DNA from: Alphaproteobacteria bacterium
GTDB taxonomy: Bacteria > Pseudomonadota > Alphaproteobacteria > GCA-2731375
Assembly (NCBI GenBank): GCA_965232515.1
Contig: CBDDPY010000002.1
Location: 3,328,001-3,392,000 of the forward strand
Direction of reading: 5' to 3'
DNA: 64,000 bases
Below are positions 48,528-58,114 of this stretch, in pieces. The notes beneath the pieces were generated by a model that searched no databases, was not told the DNA's origin, and was given only the letters and a program-made list of their open reading frames with translations. Made by a program: the position numbers and the translations under genes. The first letter of the stretch is position 1; each line of letters begins with the position of its first letter.

Positions 48528-49646
48528 ATGACCGACAGAGATCCCGACGCCATCCAGCAAGCTTGTCGACACGCCCTGTCCTATCGCCACGCGCAAACGG
48601 CGCGCCAACAGCTGAACGAGTTGGCCGATTATGTCGACGCCGAGGCAAAACCGGACTCCAGCGGCACGGGCGCGTTAATCGAGGATCTGGAGGCCCGCAT
48701 CGCGACCTTGCTCGGCAAGCCGGCGGCCGTATTCATGCCGAGCGGCAAGACGGCGCAGCTGATCACGCTCCGGCTCTGGTGCGAGCGCGCCGGCACACCG
48801 ACCATCGCCGTCCATACGCGCAGCCACATCGAGGAGGACGAGGCCCGGTCGTACCAGTTCCTGCACGGCCTGAAGTCGATGGCTCTCGGTCACCCTAACC
48901 GGCCGCCGGCGCCGGCCGATGTCGACGGCCTGGCCGGTCCCATCGGCGCCGCCGTCGTCGAGCTGCCGATCCGCAACCTCGGCTGGCGGCTGCCGTCGTG
49001 GGACGACCTGGTGACGATCTCGGAAAAGCTGCGCGGGCGCGGCATCGCCTTCCACGCCGACGCGGCGCGGATCTGGGAGATCCAGCCCTACTACGACCGG
49101 CCGCATGCCGAAATCGCCGCGTTGTTCGATTCAGCCTACGTGTCGTTCTACAAGGGCTTGAACGGTCCGGTCGGCGCGGCCATTGCCGGTCCGGACGATC
49201 TGATCGCCGAAGCGCGACTCTGGCAGCAGCGCGCGGGCGCGCGGCTGAGCACGCTGTTTCCCTATGTCATCGCGGCGAAACGCGGGCTGGACGAAAAGCT
49301 GCCGCTGATGCCGACCTACTTCGCCAAGGCGCGGGCGATCGCCGATGCGCTGCGGCCGCTGCCGGGTGTCCGGGTCACGCCGGACCCGCCGCAATGCAAC
49401 TCGTTTCAGATCGTGCTCGAAGGCGATGAATCACAGCTCGACGAGGCGCGCCTGGACGTCGCCGAGGCCACGGGGATCTGGCCGTTCCGCCGCGCCGTCC
49501 CCTCACCCATCGAAGGTCTCGCCGTGTTCGAGGTGGTGATCCTCGACGCCGCGCTGGAGCTGTCGGACGGCGAGATCGCCGGCTGCATCCAGCTATTGGC
49601 GGAACGGCTGCACGCCCGCGGCGCCGGGCTCACCGGCGCCGCCTGA
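48528..49646 (+). CDS. Low-specificity L-threonine aldolase family (beta-eliminating lyase)
   Basis: FMPSG, SHIEEDE, HADAARIW, YVSFYKGL (PLP Lys). Confidence 0.85.
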   Translation: MTDRDPDAIQQACRHALSYRHAQTARQQLNELADYVDAEAKPDSSGTGALIEDLEARIATLLGKPAAVFMPSGKTAQLITLRLWCERAGTPTIAVHTRSHIEEDEARSYQFLHGLKSMALGHPNRPPAPADVDGLAGPIGAAVVELPIRNLGWRLPSWDDLVTISEKLRGRGIAFHADAARIWEIQPYYDRPHAEIAALFDSAYVSFYKGLNGPVGAAIAGPDDLIAEARLWQQRAGARLSTLFPYVIAAKRGLDEKLPLMPTYFAKARAIADALRPLPGVRVTPDPPQCNSFQIVLEGDESQLDEARLDVAEATGIWPFRRAVPSPIEGLAVFEVVILDAALELSDGEIAGCIQLLAERLHARGAGLTGAA

Positions 49647-49656
49647 ACAATCCGGG

Positions 49657-50142
49657 TCAGTCGCGGAAGTTCACGTACTGCAGCGGCAGCTCGTTCTTCA
49701 TGCCCTTGACCAGCTCGATGGCCGATTGCAGATCATCGCGCTTCTTGCCGGTGACGCGCAGCTCGTCGCCCTGAATCGCCACCTGCACCTTCAGCTTGCT
49801 GCCTTTGACTTCCTTGACGATCTTCTTCGATAGCTCGCGGTCGACGCCCTGGCGGACCTTCACGACCTGGCGCATGGACTGACCGGCCGCGTTCTCGGCC
49901 GTCTGGTAGTCGAGCACCCCGGCCTCGATGTCGCGGCGGGTCAGATGGCCCTGCAATAGCTCGCGCATCTGCCGCAGCTTCAGCTCGTCATCGGCCAGGA
50001 TCGTCAGCGTCTCGTCCTTGCGCTCGATGCTGCATTTGCTGTTCTTGAAGTCGAAGCGCTGCTCGATCTCGCGGCGCATGTTGTTGAGCGCGTTATCGAC
50101 CTCGGACAGGTCGGCGCGGGAAACGATGTCGAAGGACGGCAT
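49657..50142 (-). CDS. yajQ: YajQ-family nucleotide / c-di-GMP-binding protein
   Basis: MPSFDIVS, RFDFK, IQGDELRVTGKKRDDLQ, NFRD. Confidence 0.96.
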   Translation of the reverse strand: MPSFDIVSRADLSEVDNALNNMRREIEQRFDFKNSKCSIERKDETLTILADDELKLRQMRELLQGHLTRRDIEAGVLDYQTAENAAGQSMRQVVKVRQGVDRELSKKIVKEVKGSKLKVQVAIQGDELRVTGKKRDDLQSAIELVKGMKNELPLQYVNFRD

Positions 50143-50206
50143 GTGATCAATCCGTGACAGTGGATGTTGCCCCGGCTTAGCCGGCGCGGGCGGGAAAGAC
50201 AAGGGC

Positions 50207-51313
50207 CTAGTCGGCAGGCCGCACGCGGCTGGGCAAACGCTGGTCGAAGGCCATCAGCACCTCGTGCGCCCGCGCGCCCTGCCAGGCGCCGACCTCCTCG
50301 AGACTGATCGATTCGCCGCCCTGCTCGCCCATGACGATGATCTCTTCGCCGAGTTCCGGCGCGTCGATGCCGGTCAGGTCGAGCTTGGTGTATTCCAGCG
50401 ACACGCCGGTCACCGGCGCGCGCCGGCCGCGCAACAACATGGCCGCCGGCGCGCCTGGCAACGGGTTGCGATAGCCCTGGTAGAGGCCGATCGGCACCAC
50501 GCCCACCGTCTTGTCCGGCCGGCCGGCGGGATGGCCGACATGGATCAGCCGGGTCCCGATCTCGCGCAGGACCGGCCGGAAGCCCGACATGTCGCCGACG
50601 CCGGGAGCCACCGACGAGACGCCGTAGAGCAGGTGCCCGGGACAGATCGCGTTCGCCGTCGAGGTGATGCCGGCGAGCAGGCTGGAGCTGGCGATGGCCT
50701 GGGTCACCGGCACCTCGAGGCCGGCGGCGGCGAGTTCGGCGAGCAATGCGTCGAAGGCGGCAATGCGTTGGCGCGACCGCTCGGCGTCATCGGCCTCAAA
50801 GAATGAGGCGTGCGTGTAGACGCCTTCGACCGCGATGTTCGGCAGGCCGGCGATGTCGAGGATGAAGGCCCTGGCATGTTCGACCGGCACGCCGAGCCGA
50901 CCCATGCCGGTATCGACCTTCACATAGACGGGCGTCGGCATGGTGGCCGCGGCCGAGACCGCCTGCGCCAAATCCATGTTGTAGACGGTCGGGATCAGGC
51001 CATGGCGCAGCAGGTCCGGCATCGCCGCCGGCAGCGGCCCGCCGAACATCAGCAAGCGCGTCTCGATGCCGGCCTGGCGCACGGCGAGCGCGTCGGCGAC
51101 CGACGCGGTGGCCAACGCGTAAACGCCGAGGTCGCCGAGCGTGCGGGCCACGTCGATGGCGCTGTTGCCGTAGGCGTTCGCCTTGATCGCGGCGATGACC
51201 TTGCCGTCAGGGCCGAAGCGGCGGCGGATCTCGGCGTAGTTGCCGGCGAGCGCGCCCAGGTCCAGTTCCATCCAGACGGGGTGCGCGGGCGCGTCGGGTT
51301 CCAGCATCGGCAT
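50207..51313 (-). CDS. Alanine-racemase-fold PLP protein (catalytic Tyr segment absent)
   Basis: AAIKANAYG, KVDTGMGRLG, GVYTH, PG..LYG present; no VGYG motif. Start uncertain. Confidence 0.8.
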   Translation of the reverse strand: MPMLEPDAPAHPVWMELDLGALAGNYAEIRRRFGPDGKVIAAIKANAYGNSAIDVARTLGDLGVYALATASVADALAVRQAGIETRLLMFGGPLPAAMPDLLRHGLIPTVYNMDLAQAVSAAATMPTPVYVKVDTGMGRLGVPVEHARAFILDIAGLPNIAVEGVYTHASFFEADDAERSRQRIAAFDALLAELAAAGLEVPVTQAIASSSLLAGITSTANAICPGHLLYGVSSVAPGVGDMSGFRPVLREIGTRLIHVGHPAGRPDKTVGVVPIGLYQGYRNPLPGAPAAMLLRGRRAPVTGVSLEYTKLDLTGIDAPELGEEIIVMGEQGGESISLEEVGAWQGARAHEVLMAFDQRLPSRVRPAD

Positions 51314-51381
51314 GGCCTCGTTTGCGGCGTCGCCCACTATATGCCACCGTTCGGGCGTCAGGGTCACGTGGGGAGGCGGTG

Positions 51382-52470
51382 ATGGAATTCGCGCTGTTCA
51401 ACGTCCTGCAGCAGCGGGCGCGCGACAAGAGCTCGGGCCAGGTGCTGGCGGAGGCGGTCGAGCATACGCGGATCGCGGAACAGCTCGGCTTCGCCGCGGC
51501 CTGGTTCGCCGAACATCACTTTTCGAACTACAGCCTTTGCCCCTCGCCCCTGATGATGCTGGCGCACTGCGCCGGGGTGACGGAACGCATCCGGCTCGGC
51601 TCGGCGGTGATCGTGCCGCCGCTCTACATGCCGGCGCGCCTGCTGGGTGAGATCGCCATGGTCGACGCGCTGAGCGGCGGCCGCCTCGACCTCGGCGTCG
51701 GCAGCGGCTATCAGGCCTACGAGTTCGAGCGTTTCGGCGTCGACCTCGCCGACAACAAGGCGATGACGCACGAGATGCTGGACATCATCGAGCAGGGCCT
51801 GGCTCAGCCGCATTTCAGCTATCAGGGCAGGCACTACCAGCAGCAGCAGACGGCGATCAACGTGCGGCCGGTGCAAGAGCCGCACCCGCCGATCTGGATC
51901 GCCGGCAACGACCCGGAGTTCCACCGCCGCGCCGCGGTCAAGGGCTACACGCCGTTCATCTCGGGCGTGCTCGGCAGCGGCCGCCGGCTGGGCCGGCTGC
52001 GGGAACAGGTGGCGGAAGCTTTTGCGGCCGAGGGCCGCGATCCCGAGACCATGCCGTTGGGCGTGCTGCGCTTCTGCCACGTGACGCACGACCGCAAGGA
52101 CGCCGAGGCGTATGCGGAATCCGCCCGCTACCAGCAGCGCATCGCCGTGTCCCTGCGCACCCGACGCGAGACCGTGGTCGACGACTACTGGATCGCCGAG
52201 GAGCCGTTCGACGAGGAGCTGCCGCTGGAGAAGATCGAGGCGAACCTGCCGCTGGGCGCGCCCGAGACCGTGGCCGAGCGCCTGGTCGAGGAGATCCGGC
52301 TCTACCGGCCGACGCAGATGGCGATCTACTTCCAGGTCGGCGACGTCGACAGCGCCAAGGCAATCCGCTCGATGGAGCTGCTGGCCTCAGACGTGATCCC
52401 GGCCATCGAAAAGGCCTTCGGCCAGCCGCTGGCCGAGATCAACAGCCCGGTCCCGGCCGCGGCCGAGTGA
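51382..52470 (+). CDS. LLM-class (luciferase-like) flavin-dependent oxidoreductase
   Basis: WFAEHHF, TERIRLG, SGGRLDLGVGSGY, PVQEPHPPIWIA. Confidence 0.92.
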   Translation: MEFALFNVLQQRARDKSSGQVLAEAVEHTRIAEQLGFAAAWFAEHHFSNYSLCPSPLMMLAHCAGVTERIRLGSAVIVPPLYMPARLLGEIAMVDALSGGRLDLGVGSGYQAYEFERFGVDLADNKAMTHEMLDIIEQGLAQPHFSYQGRHYQQQQTAINVRPVQEPHPPIWIAGNDPEFHRRAAVKGYTPFISGVLGSGRRLGRLREQVAEAFAAEGRDPETMPLGVLRFCHVTHDRKDAEAYAESARYQQRIAVSLRTRRETVVDDYWIAEEPFDEELPLEKIEANLPLGAPETVAERLVEEIRLYRPTQMAIYFQVGDVDSAKAIRSMELLASDVIPAIEKAFGQPLAEINSPVPAAAE

Positions 52471-52476
52471 GCCACC

Positions 52477-52490
52477 GGGGGGGGGGGGGG
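52477..52490. repeat. Poly-G tract (G14)
   Basis: 14 consecutive G, 6 nt after the LLM stop codon. Confidence 0.85.
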
Positions 52491-52661
52491 TCGCGCGGCG
52501 GAGATCGCGGAACAACCCCATGCACAGGAACCGTCAAGCGAAATAAACGGCGGAAATCCGGGTCGTTTCGATTGTTCCGAAAATGTCGAAATGATGTGGT
52601 TTGGTGGGACCCCGCGCGGCGGACGTTTGTCGCGGCGGCGAACGCCGGTGAGGGCCGCGGG

Positions 52662-55600
52662 CTAGCGGTTGGCGGGGGTTTTTCGCCGTTGCCGGCGGCG
52701 CAGGTAGCCGGCGCCCAGCAGGCCGGTGGCGAACAGGAGCGCCGAGTCCGGCACCGAGACCGGGGACGGCGCCGGGACGAACATGAAATCGGCCAGGGCG
52801 GTGAGCTCGAACCGGAAGCTGTTGGTGTCGACCACGGCAAAGTCGAAGAGATCGGTGATGTCCTGCAGGAAGGTGAGATCGAAGGCGTCGTCCAAACTGA
52901 GGCTGGTGTCGAGCACCAGCGCCTCGAAGGCGAAGTCGTTGCCCAGGATCAGATCGCCCTCGGTGAGGATCAGATCGAAGGTATCGCCGGCCATGAACGT
53001 GACCGTCGGGTCGACCAGGAACTGCAGCGTGCCGCCGAGCGTCGCCGAGCCTTCGATGTTCAGGAAATCGGCCGTCCCGGTGGCGTCCAGATCGAACAGC
53101 GACAGGCCGCCGGCGGTCTGCGTCAAGTCCCCGGTCAGCACGGTCTGGGCGCCCAGCCCCAGCGCGCCGACCGACAGCGCGCCGCCGTTCCCGAACAGTT
53201 CGCCCACGCCCAGGCTGATCTCGCTGCCGGCGAAGATCTGTCCCCCGGCCAGATTGTTGACCGCGTCGACGCCGTTCGCCAGCGCGACCGAGCCGGTAAT
53301 CACGCCACTGTTGTTGATCGTATCGCCAGCCTGACTGCCGAAGACCGCGAGCCCGGAGGCCGCGCTGATCGCGCCGGCATTGTCGAGCGTGGCCTGGGCC
53401 GAACCGACCAATCTCACGCCCGCAACGGTTCCGCCAGTAACCGACGCGGTTTCGGTGACGGCGACCGTCGTCGCGCCGCTGCCATTGTTGGTCGCGACAA
53501 TGCCAGCCAACGCGCCGTTGACCGCGCCCGAGGCCGTGATGTTGAGATCGGTGCCGTTGTTGATGCCGATGATGGCCGAGTTGGTGGCGCCGGCGACATC
53601 GGCCGCCGCGATGGTGAGCGCGCCGCTGCCGTTCTGCGTGGCGAAGATGCCAACGGCCGAGCCGCTGACCGCGCCCGTGGTGGTGACCGACATGTCGCCG
53701 CCAACGGCACTGCTGTTATAGGCCGCGATGGCGTTTTGCACGCCGCCGCCGCTGACATCGCCGGCCTCGATGGTCAGGTCGCCGCCGCCCTCGTTGTTGG
53801 CGAAGATACCGACGCCGGCGGTGCCGCTGACGGCGGCGGCACGGATGGTCAGGCTGCCGTCGTTGTAATCGACGGCATGAATGCCGGTGTTTCCGCCGGT
53901 AACCGACGACGTCGCGGTGGCCTGGATGCTCAGGTTGCCGCTGCCTTCGTTGAGGGCGATGATGCCGTTGTCCCCGCCGCTGACCGCGCCCGAGGCGCTG
54001 ATGAAGAAGAACGAGTTGCCTTCCGAGAAAGCATCGATCCCGTCGTCGCCGCCGCTGACCGCGCCCGAGGTGGTGATCGTCAGTGAACTGGCAAGACCGT
54101 CGCCGCCGCCACCGTTATTCCGGTTGCTGGCATTAATGCCGTCGCCGGATGTGCCGCTGACCGCGGCGGCGGTGATGCCCAGCGCGCCGCCGCCATTGTC
54201 GGCCGTTATGCCATTCGCCCCGCCGCTGACCGCGCCGGTGGCGCCGATCGACAGAGATTGGCCCTCGTTGGCGGCATCGATGCCATTCACCCCGCCGCTG
54301 ACCAGGCCCGAGGTGGTGATCGACAGACTGCCGCTGTAGTAGCCGCCGTAGGCCTCGATGCCGTCGCCGGTGGCGCCGCTGACCCCGGCCGCGATGATGG
54401 TCAGGCTGTCGCCGTTGTAATCGCCGTTGCTGGCATCGATGCCATTCACCCCACCGCTGACCGCGCCAGTGGCGGTGATCGACATGGCACCACCATATCC
54501 GAAGTTGCCGGCGGCGATGCCGGCGCCGGTCACGCCGTCGACCCCGGCCGTTTCGATGGTCAGCGCGCCGCTGCCGTTCTGGTCGGCGACGATGCCGTTC
54601 GACCCGCCGCTGACCGCCCCCGAGGTGCGGATCGTCAGGTTGCTGCTGCCTTCGTTGAGGGCGATGATGCCATTGTCCCCGCCGCTGACCGCGCCCGAGG
54701 CGCTGATGAGGAAGAACGAGTCGCCTTCCGAGAACGCATCGATCCCGTCGTCGCCGCCGCTGACCGCCCCCGAGGTGCGGATCGTCAGTGAATCGGCAAT
54801 ACCGGCGCCGCCGCCACCGTTATTCCGATTGCTGGCATTAATGCCGTCGCCGGATGTGCCGCTGACCGCGGCGGCGGTGATGCCCAGCGTGCCGCCGCCA
54901 TTGTCGGCCGTTATGCCATTCACCCCGCCGCTGACCGCGCCGGTGGCGCCGATCGACAGAGATTCGCCCTCATTGGCGGCATCGATGCCATTCACCCCGC
55001 CGCTGACCAGGCCCGAGGTGGTGATCGACAGACTGCCGCTGTAGTAGCCGCCGTAGGCCTCGATGCCGTCGCCGGTGGCGCCGCTGACCCCGGCCGCGAT
55101 GATGGTCAGGCTGTCGCCGTTGTAATCGCCGTTACTGGCATCGATGCCATTCACCCCGCCGCTGACCGCGCCGGTGGCGGTGATCGACATGGCACCACCA
55201 TATCCGTAGTTGCTGGCGTCAATGCCGTCGCCGGTCGCGCCGTCGACCCCGGCGGTTTCGATGGTCAGCGCGCCGCTGCCTCGATGGTCGGCGACGATGC
55301 CGTTCGACCCGCCGCTGACCGCGCCCGAGCTGCTGATCGTCAGATCGCCACTGCCGACGGCGGTATCGGCATCGATTCCGTCGCCGGCGATGCCGCCGCT
55401 GATCGTGCCGCCGCTGGTTATCGTCAGGCCGCCCGGCCCGCCCGTCGTGGTGATGGCCACGGCGTCCCCCGCGGCGGTGGAGACCGTCGAGTCTTCGGCG
55501 ACCGACAGCGTCTGGGGGCCGGCGCCGGTCTGGCTGACGCCGGACACCGTGGTCGGCGTGCCGAGCGCGCCGACATTGACGGTCAGGTCGTCGACGGTGG

Positions 55601-55871
55601 TCGACACCGGGTCGATCGGCGTCGGCGGCGCCAGGCAGGTGACCGTGTCGCCGGCCGCCGCCATCGTCGGATCGGCGCCATCGGAGACACAGCCCACCGG
55701 CAGCGCCTGGGCATGGGCCGCGGGCGCGCCGACAACCGTCGACCCCAGCGCCACGACCGTCAGCACCGTCGTTGCCAGCAGCCCGGTCCGCCAGGAACGC
55801 CGCGCCGATGCGCCACTGTCCGCATCAAGCACGCATGGCCGCATCGCGGTCGCGGAATGCCGGCTTGTCAT
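52662..55871 (-). CDS. Large Gly/Ala/Ser/Thr-rich surface protein with PEP-CTERM-like sorting tail (1069 aa)
   Basis: Signal-like RTGLLATTVL...AAHAQ, many G.VSGG..GI.A.N repeats, C-terminal VSVPDSALLFATGLLGAGYLRRRQRR. The upstream part of the 1597-aa ORF is a shadow of the opposite-strand gene. Confidence 0.82.
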   Translation of the reverse strand: MTSRHSATAMRPCVLDADSGASARRSWRTGLLATTVLTVVALGSTVVGAPAAHAQALPVGCVSDGADPTMAAAGDTVTCLAPPTPIDPVSTTVDDLTVNVGALGTPTTVSGVSQTGAGPQTLSVAEDSTVSTAAGDAVAITTTGGPGGLTITSGGTISGGIAGDGIDADTAVGSGDLTISSSGAVSGGSNGIVADHRGSGALTIETAGVDGATGDGIDASNYGYGGAMSITATGAVSGGVNGIDASNGDYNGDSLTIIAAGVSGATGDGIEAYGGYYSGSLSITTSGLVSGGVNGIDAANEGESLSIGATGAVSGGVNGITADNGGGTLGITAAAVSGTSGDGINASNRNNGGGGAGIADSLTIRTSGAVSGGDDGIDAFSEGDSFFLISASGAVSGGDNGIIALNEGSSNLTIRTSGAVSGGSNGIVADQNGSGALTIETAGVDGVTGAGIAAGNFGYGGAMSITATGAVSGGVNGIDASNGDYNGDSLTIIAAGVSGATGDGIEAYGGYYSGSLSITTSGLVSGGVNGIDAANEGQSLSIGATGAVSGGANGITADNGGGALGITAAAVSGTSGDGINASNRNNGGGGDGLASSLTITTSGAVSGGDDGIDAFSEGNSFFFISASGAVSGGDNGIIALNEGSGNLSIQATATSSVTGGNTGIHAVDYNDGSLTIRAAAVSGTAGVGIFANNEGGGDLTIEAGDVSGGGVQNAIAAYNSSAVGGDMSVTTTGAVSGSAVGIFATQNGSGALTIAAADVAGATNSAIIGINNGTDLNITASGAVNGALAGIVATNNGSGATTVAVTETASVTGGTVAGVRLVGSAQATLDNAGAISAASGLAVFGSQAGDTINNSGVITGSVALANGVDAVNNLAGGQIFAGSEISLGVGELFGNGGALSVGALGLGAQTVLTGDLTQTAGGLSLFDLDATGTADFLNIEGSATLGGTLQFLVDPTVTFMAGDTFDLILTEGDLILGNDFAFEALVLDTSLSLDDAFDLTFLQDITDLFDFAVVDTNSFRFELTALADFMFVPAPSPVSVPDSALLFATGLLGAGYLRRRQRRKTPANR
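53932..55343. repeat. Near-identical in-frame tandem duplication, period 705 bp (235 aa), two copies
   Basis: ctgccttcgttgagggcgat at 53941 and 54646; gacgatgccgttcgaccc at 54588 and 55293; atcgtcag at 54631 and 55336. Confidence 0.9.
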
Positions 55872-56114
55872 CGGAGACCCCCTGAAACGCTGCCGCCCAA
55901 CCTTTGAGCGTTTACTATTTTTAGTAGTAGTACCGCAAACCGACACCGTCGGCAACTTCGATGCGGTCTCAAATTCGTGAACGTGCCGGCCGCAAGCCGC
56001 ATCGACCGCCGCTCTCGCAATACCGGCGGACAAGAAAACCGCTTGCATCGCCGCGACGCGGTATGAATGCTCCGGCGGACAAATGATGTCGGTTGCTTGG
56101 GGTCGAGATTGACT

Positions 56115-57260
56115 ATGGATCAATCGGCGCCTGACGAGGCGAAAGACGAGACAAAATCCGAGGCAAAGCCGGCGGCCGACGGGAAGATCGATATCAGCTT
56201 CTCGAGCGGGCTCGCCGGTTTCCTGCGCCAGCAGGGGGTCGCGCTCGCCTTCACCTCCTATCAGGCGGGCGGGCTCTATCTGATCGGCCACGATGCCGAC
56301 GGCAAGCTGGCCCTGCATCAGGCGGGCTATCATCACGCCATGGGCGTGGCCGGCGACGGCAACCGGCTCTATCTGGGCAGGGCGACCGAGATCGTGCGGC
56401 TGGAGAACGTGCTGGCGGCCAATCAAATGGTCAACGGCGTGCACGACAAGGCCTATGTGACGCGCAACATTCAGGTGTTGGGCGGCATCGACATCCACGA
56501 GATCGGGGTGCGGCAGAACGGCGTCATCGTGTTCGTCAACACCCGCTACTCCTGTTTGTGCGAGCCGAGCCGGACCCACAGCTTCAAGCCGATCTGGAAG
56601 CCGTCCTTCATCTCCAAGCTGGCGCCGGAGGACCGCTGCCATCTGAACGGTCTGGCCATGAAAGCGGGCGCGCCGAAATACGTCACCGCGATCAGCCGCG
56701 CCGATGTGGTCGACGGCTGGCGCGACCGGCGCGAGCAGGGCGGCATCGTCATCGATGTGGAGACCGACGCGATCGTCGCCGAGGGCCTGTCGATGCCGCA
56801 CAGCCCGCGCGTGTACGACGGGCGGCTGTGGGTGTTGAACTCGGGCAGCGGCGAGTTGGGGCACATCCATCTGAAGAGCGGCGCGTTCGAGCCGGTGGCG
56901 TTCTGCCCGGGCTTCCTGCGCGGGCTCGCCTTTCGCGACGGCCATGCGATCGTCACGCTGTCGAAGCCGCGCTACAAGCGCTTCGACGGCCTCGCGCTCG
57001 CCGACCGGCTGGCGGAGAAGGACGCCGAGGCCTGGTGCGGGGTGCAGATCGTCTCGCTGGCCACCGGCGACGTGGTGCACTGGCTGCGCTTCGACGGGGC
57101 GCTGGCCGAGCTGTTCGACGTCTGCGTGCTGCCGGGGGTGCGGAACCCGCTGACGGTGGCGGCCAATTCCAAGGAGATCCGGGACTTCCTGACCTTCGAG
57201 CCGCCGGCTTGGGCGACGGATGGACCGCGTCCGGAGCAAGGGGGCGATGGCCATGTCTGA
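56115..57260 (+). CDS. TIGR03032/DUF4915-family protein
   Basis: FTSYQAG, DIHE, FVNTRYSCL, WKPSFISKLAPEDRCHLNGLA, GLSMPHSPR, FCPGFLRGL, ELFDV. Confidence 0.85.
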   Translation: MDQSAPDEAKDETKSEAKPAADGKIDISFSSGLAGFLRQQGVALAFTSYQAGGLYLIGHDADGKLALHQAGYHHAMGVAGDGNRLYLGRATEIVRLENVLAANQMVNGVHDKAYVTRNIQVLGGIDIHEIGVRQNGVIVFVNTRYSCLCEPSRTHSFKPIWKPSFISKLAPEDRCHLNGLAMKAGAPKYVTAISRADVVDGWRDRREQGGIVIDVETDAIVAEGLSMPHSPRVYDGRLWVLNSGSGELGHIHLKSGAFEPVAFCPGFLRGLAFRDGHAIVTLSKPRYKRFDGLALADRLAEKDAEAWCGVQIVSLATGDVVHWLRFDGALAELFDVCVLPGVRNPLTVAANSKEIRDFLTFEPPAWATDGPRPEQGGDGHV

Positions 57261-57888
57261 GACCGGTATGCAATCCGGCGGCGGGGGGTCGGTCCTGCGC
57301 CTGCTGATTCTGCTGGTCCTGCTGGCCCTTCTCGGCGCGGTCCTGTGGCTGGGGCTTGGCGTGAAGGCGGCCCTGGACGAACAGGCCCGGATCGGCCGGG
57401 AGACGCTGGCCGGCCTCAAGGGCGGGGCCGAGGCCACCGTGTCTTTCCAGCTCAATCAGGAAAATGGCGGCCTGCAGCGGGTGCTGAGCCTGATCAATCA
57501 GGGGCCGGGGCCGGCGCGGGTCCGCCAGGTGCTGATCAATGTGGACGGCGCGCCGCTGGGCAGCGGCGCGGCGGAGGACTGGCGGCAACTGCTGACCCTG
57601 ATCCAGCGCGAGGGCGTGACCTCGACCGCCTCGGTCCTGAACGACGGCCGGATCATTCCCGCCGGCGGTCGGCAGCGTCTTTACTCGATCCGCATCGACG
57701 ACCCCGAACAGCGCACCGAGATCGACGCCGTGCTCGACCGCATCCGTTTCGGCCTCTGCTATTGCTCGGTCTATGGCCAATGCAAGACCACCGGCACGAT
57801 CCCGGCCCGCGCCGACCGCGGCTACGCGGCGCTGCATGCGGCCTGCCGCCTTGAGACCGAACCGGGTGACGCGGGCGGCGCGAGCTAG
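57247..57888 (+). CDS. Hypothetical single-pass membrane protein with CYCS..C motif
   Basis: N-terminal TM, NQGPGPARV, LCYCSVYGQC; overlaps the upstream gene end. Confidence 0.75.
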   Translation: MAMSETGMQSGGGGSVLRLLILLVLLALLGAVLWLGLGVKAALDEQARIGRETLAGLKGGAEATVSFQLNQENGGLQRVLSLINQGPGPARVRQVLINVDGAPLGSGAAEDWRQLLTLIQREGVTSTASVLNDGRIIPAGGRQRLYSIRIDDPEQRTEIDAVLDRIRFGLCYCSVYGQCKTTGTIPARADRGYAALHAACRLETEPGDAGGAS

Positions 57889-58114
57889 TCGCCCAGCAGT
57901 TCGAGGCCGTCATCCGCTTGCACGCCAACGCGGAACTGACGCTTGGCGCTGACGGCGGCGCTCGATCCGCGCACCTGCGGCAAGCCGGCGGTGTTCCAGT
58001 CGGCAAGCGGCATGGGCAAGAAAGAGAGCGCCGGCGCCGAGATGGCTATCGCGGTCAAACGGGCAGACGGCCAATGTATGATGGCCTGCAACTAGCGCGT
58101 CGAGGTGAAGCGCC

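Noticed and set aside
53932-55343. CRISPR-like periodicity (recurring ccgccgctgaccgc)
   Set aside because: In-frame codons for the (A)VSGG protein repeat; no spacer structure and no cas genes.
52662-57455. 1597-aa ORF as one giant protein
   Set aside because: The first ~528 aa are the antisense shadow of the TIGR03032 gene and the intergenic region; the credible protein starts near 55871.
57889-58094. Short ORFs between the membrane-protein gene and plsY
   Set aside because: No SD or recognisable motif on either strand; may be junction debris but cannot be supported.
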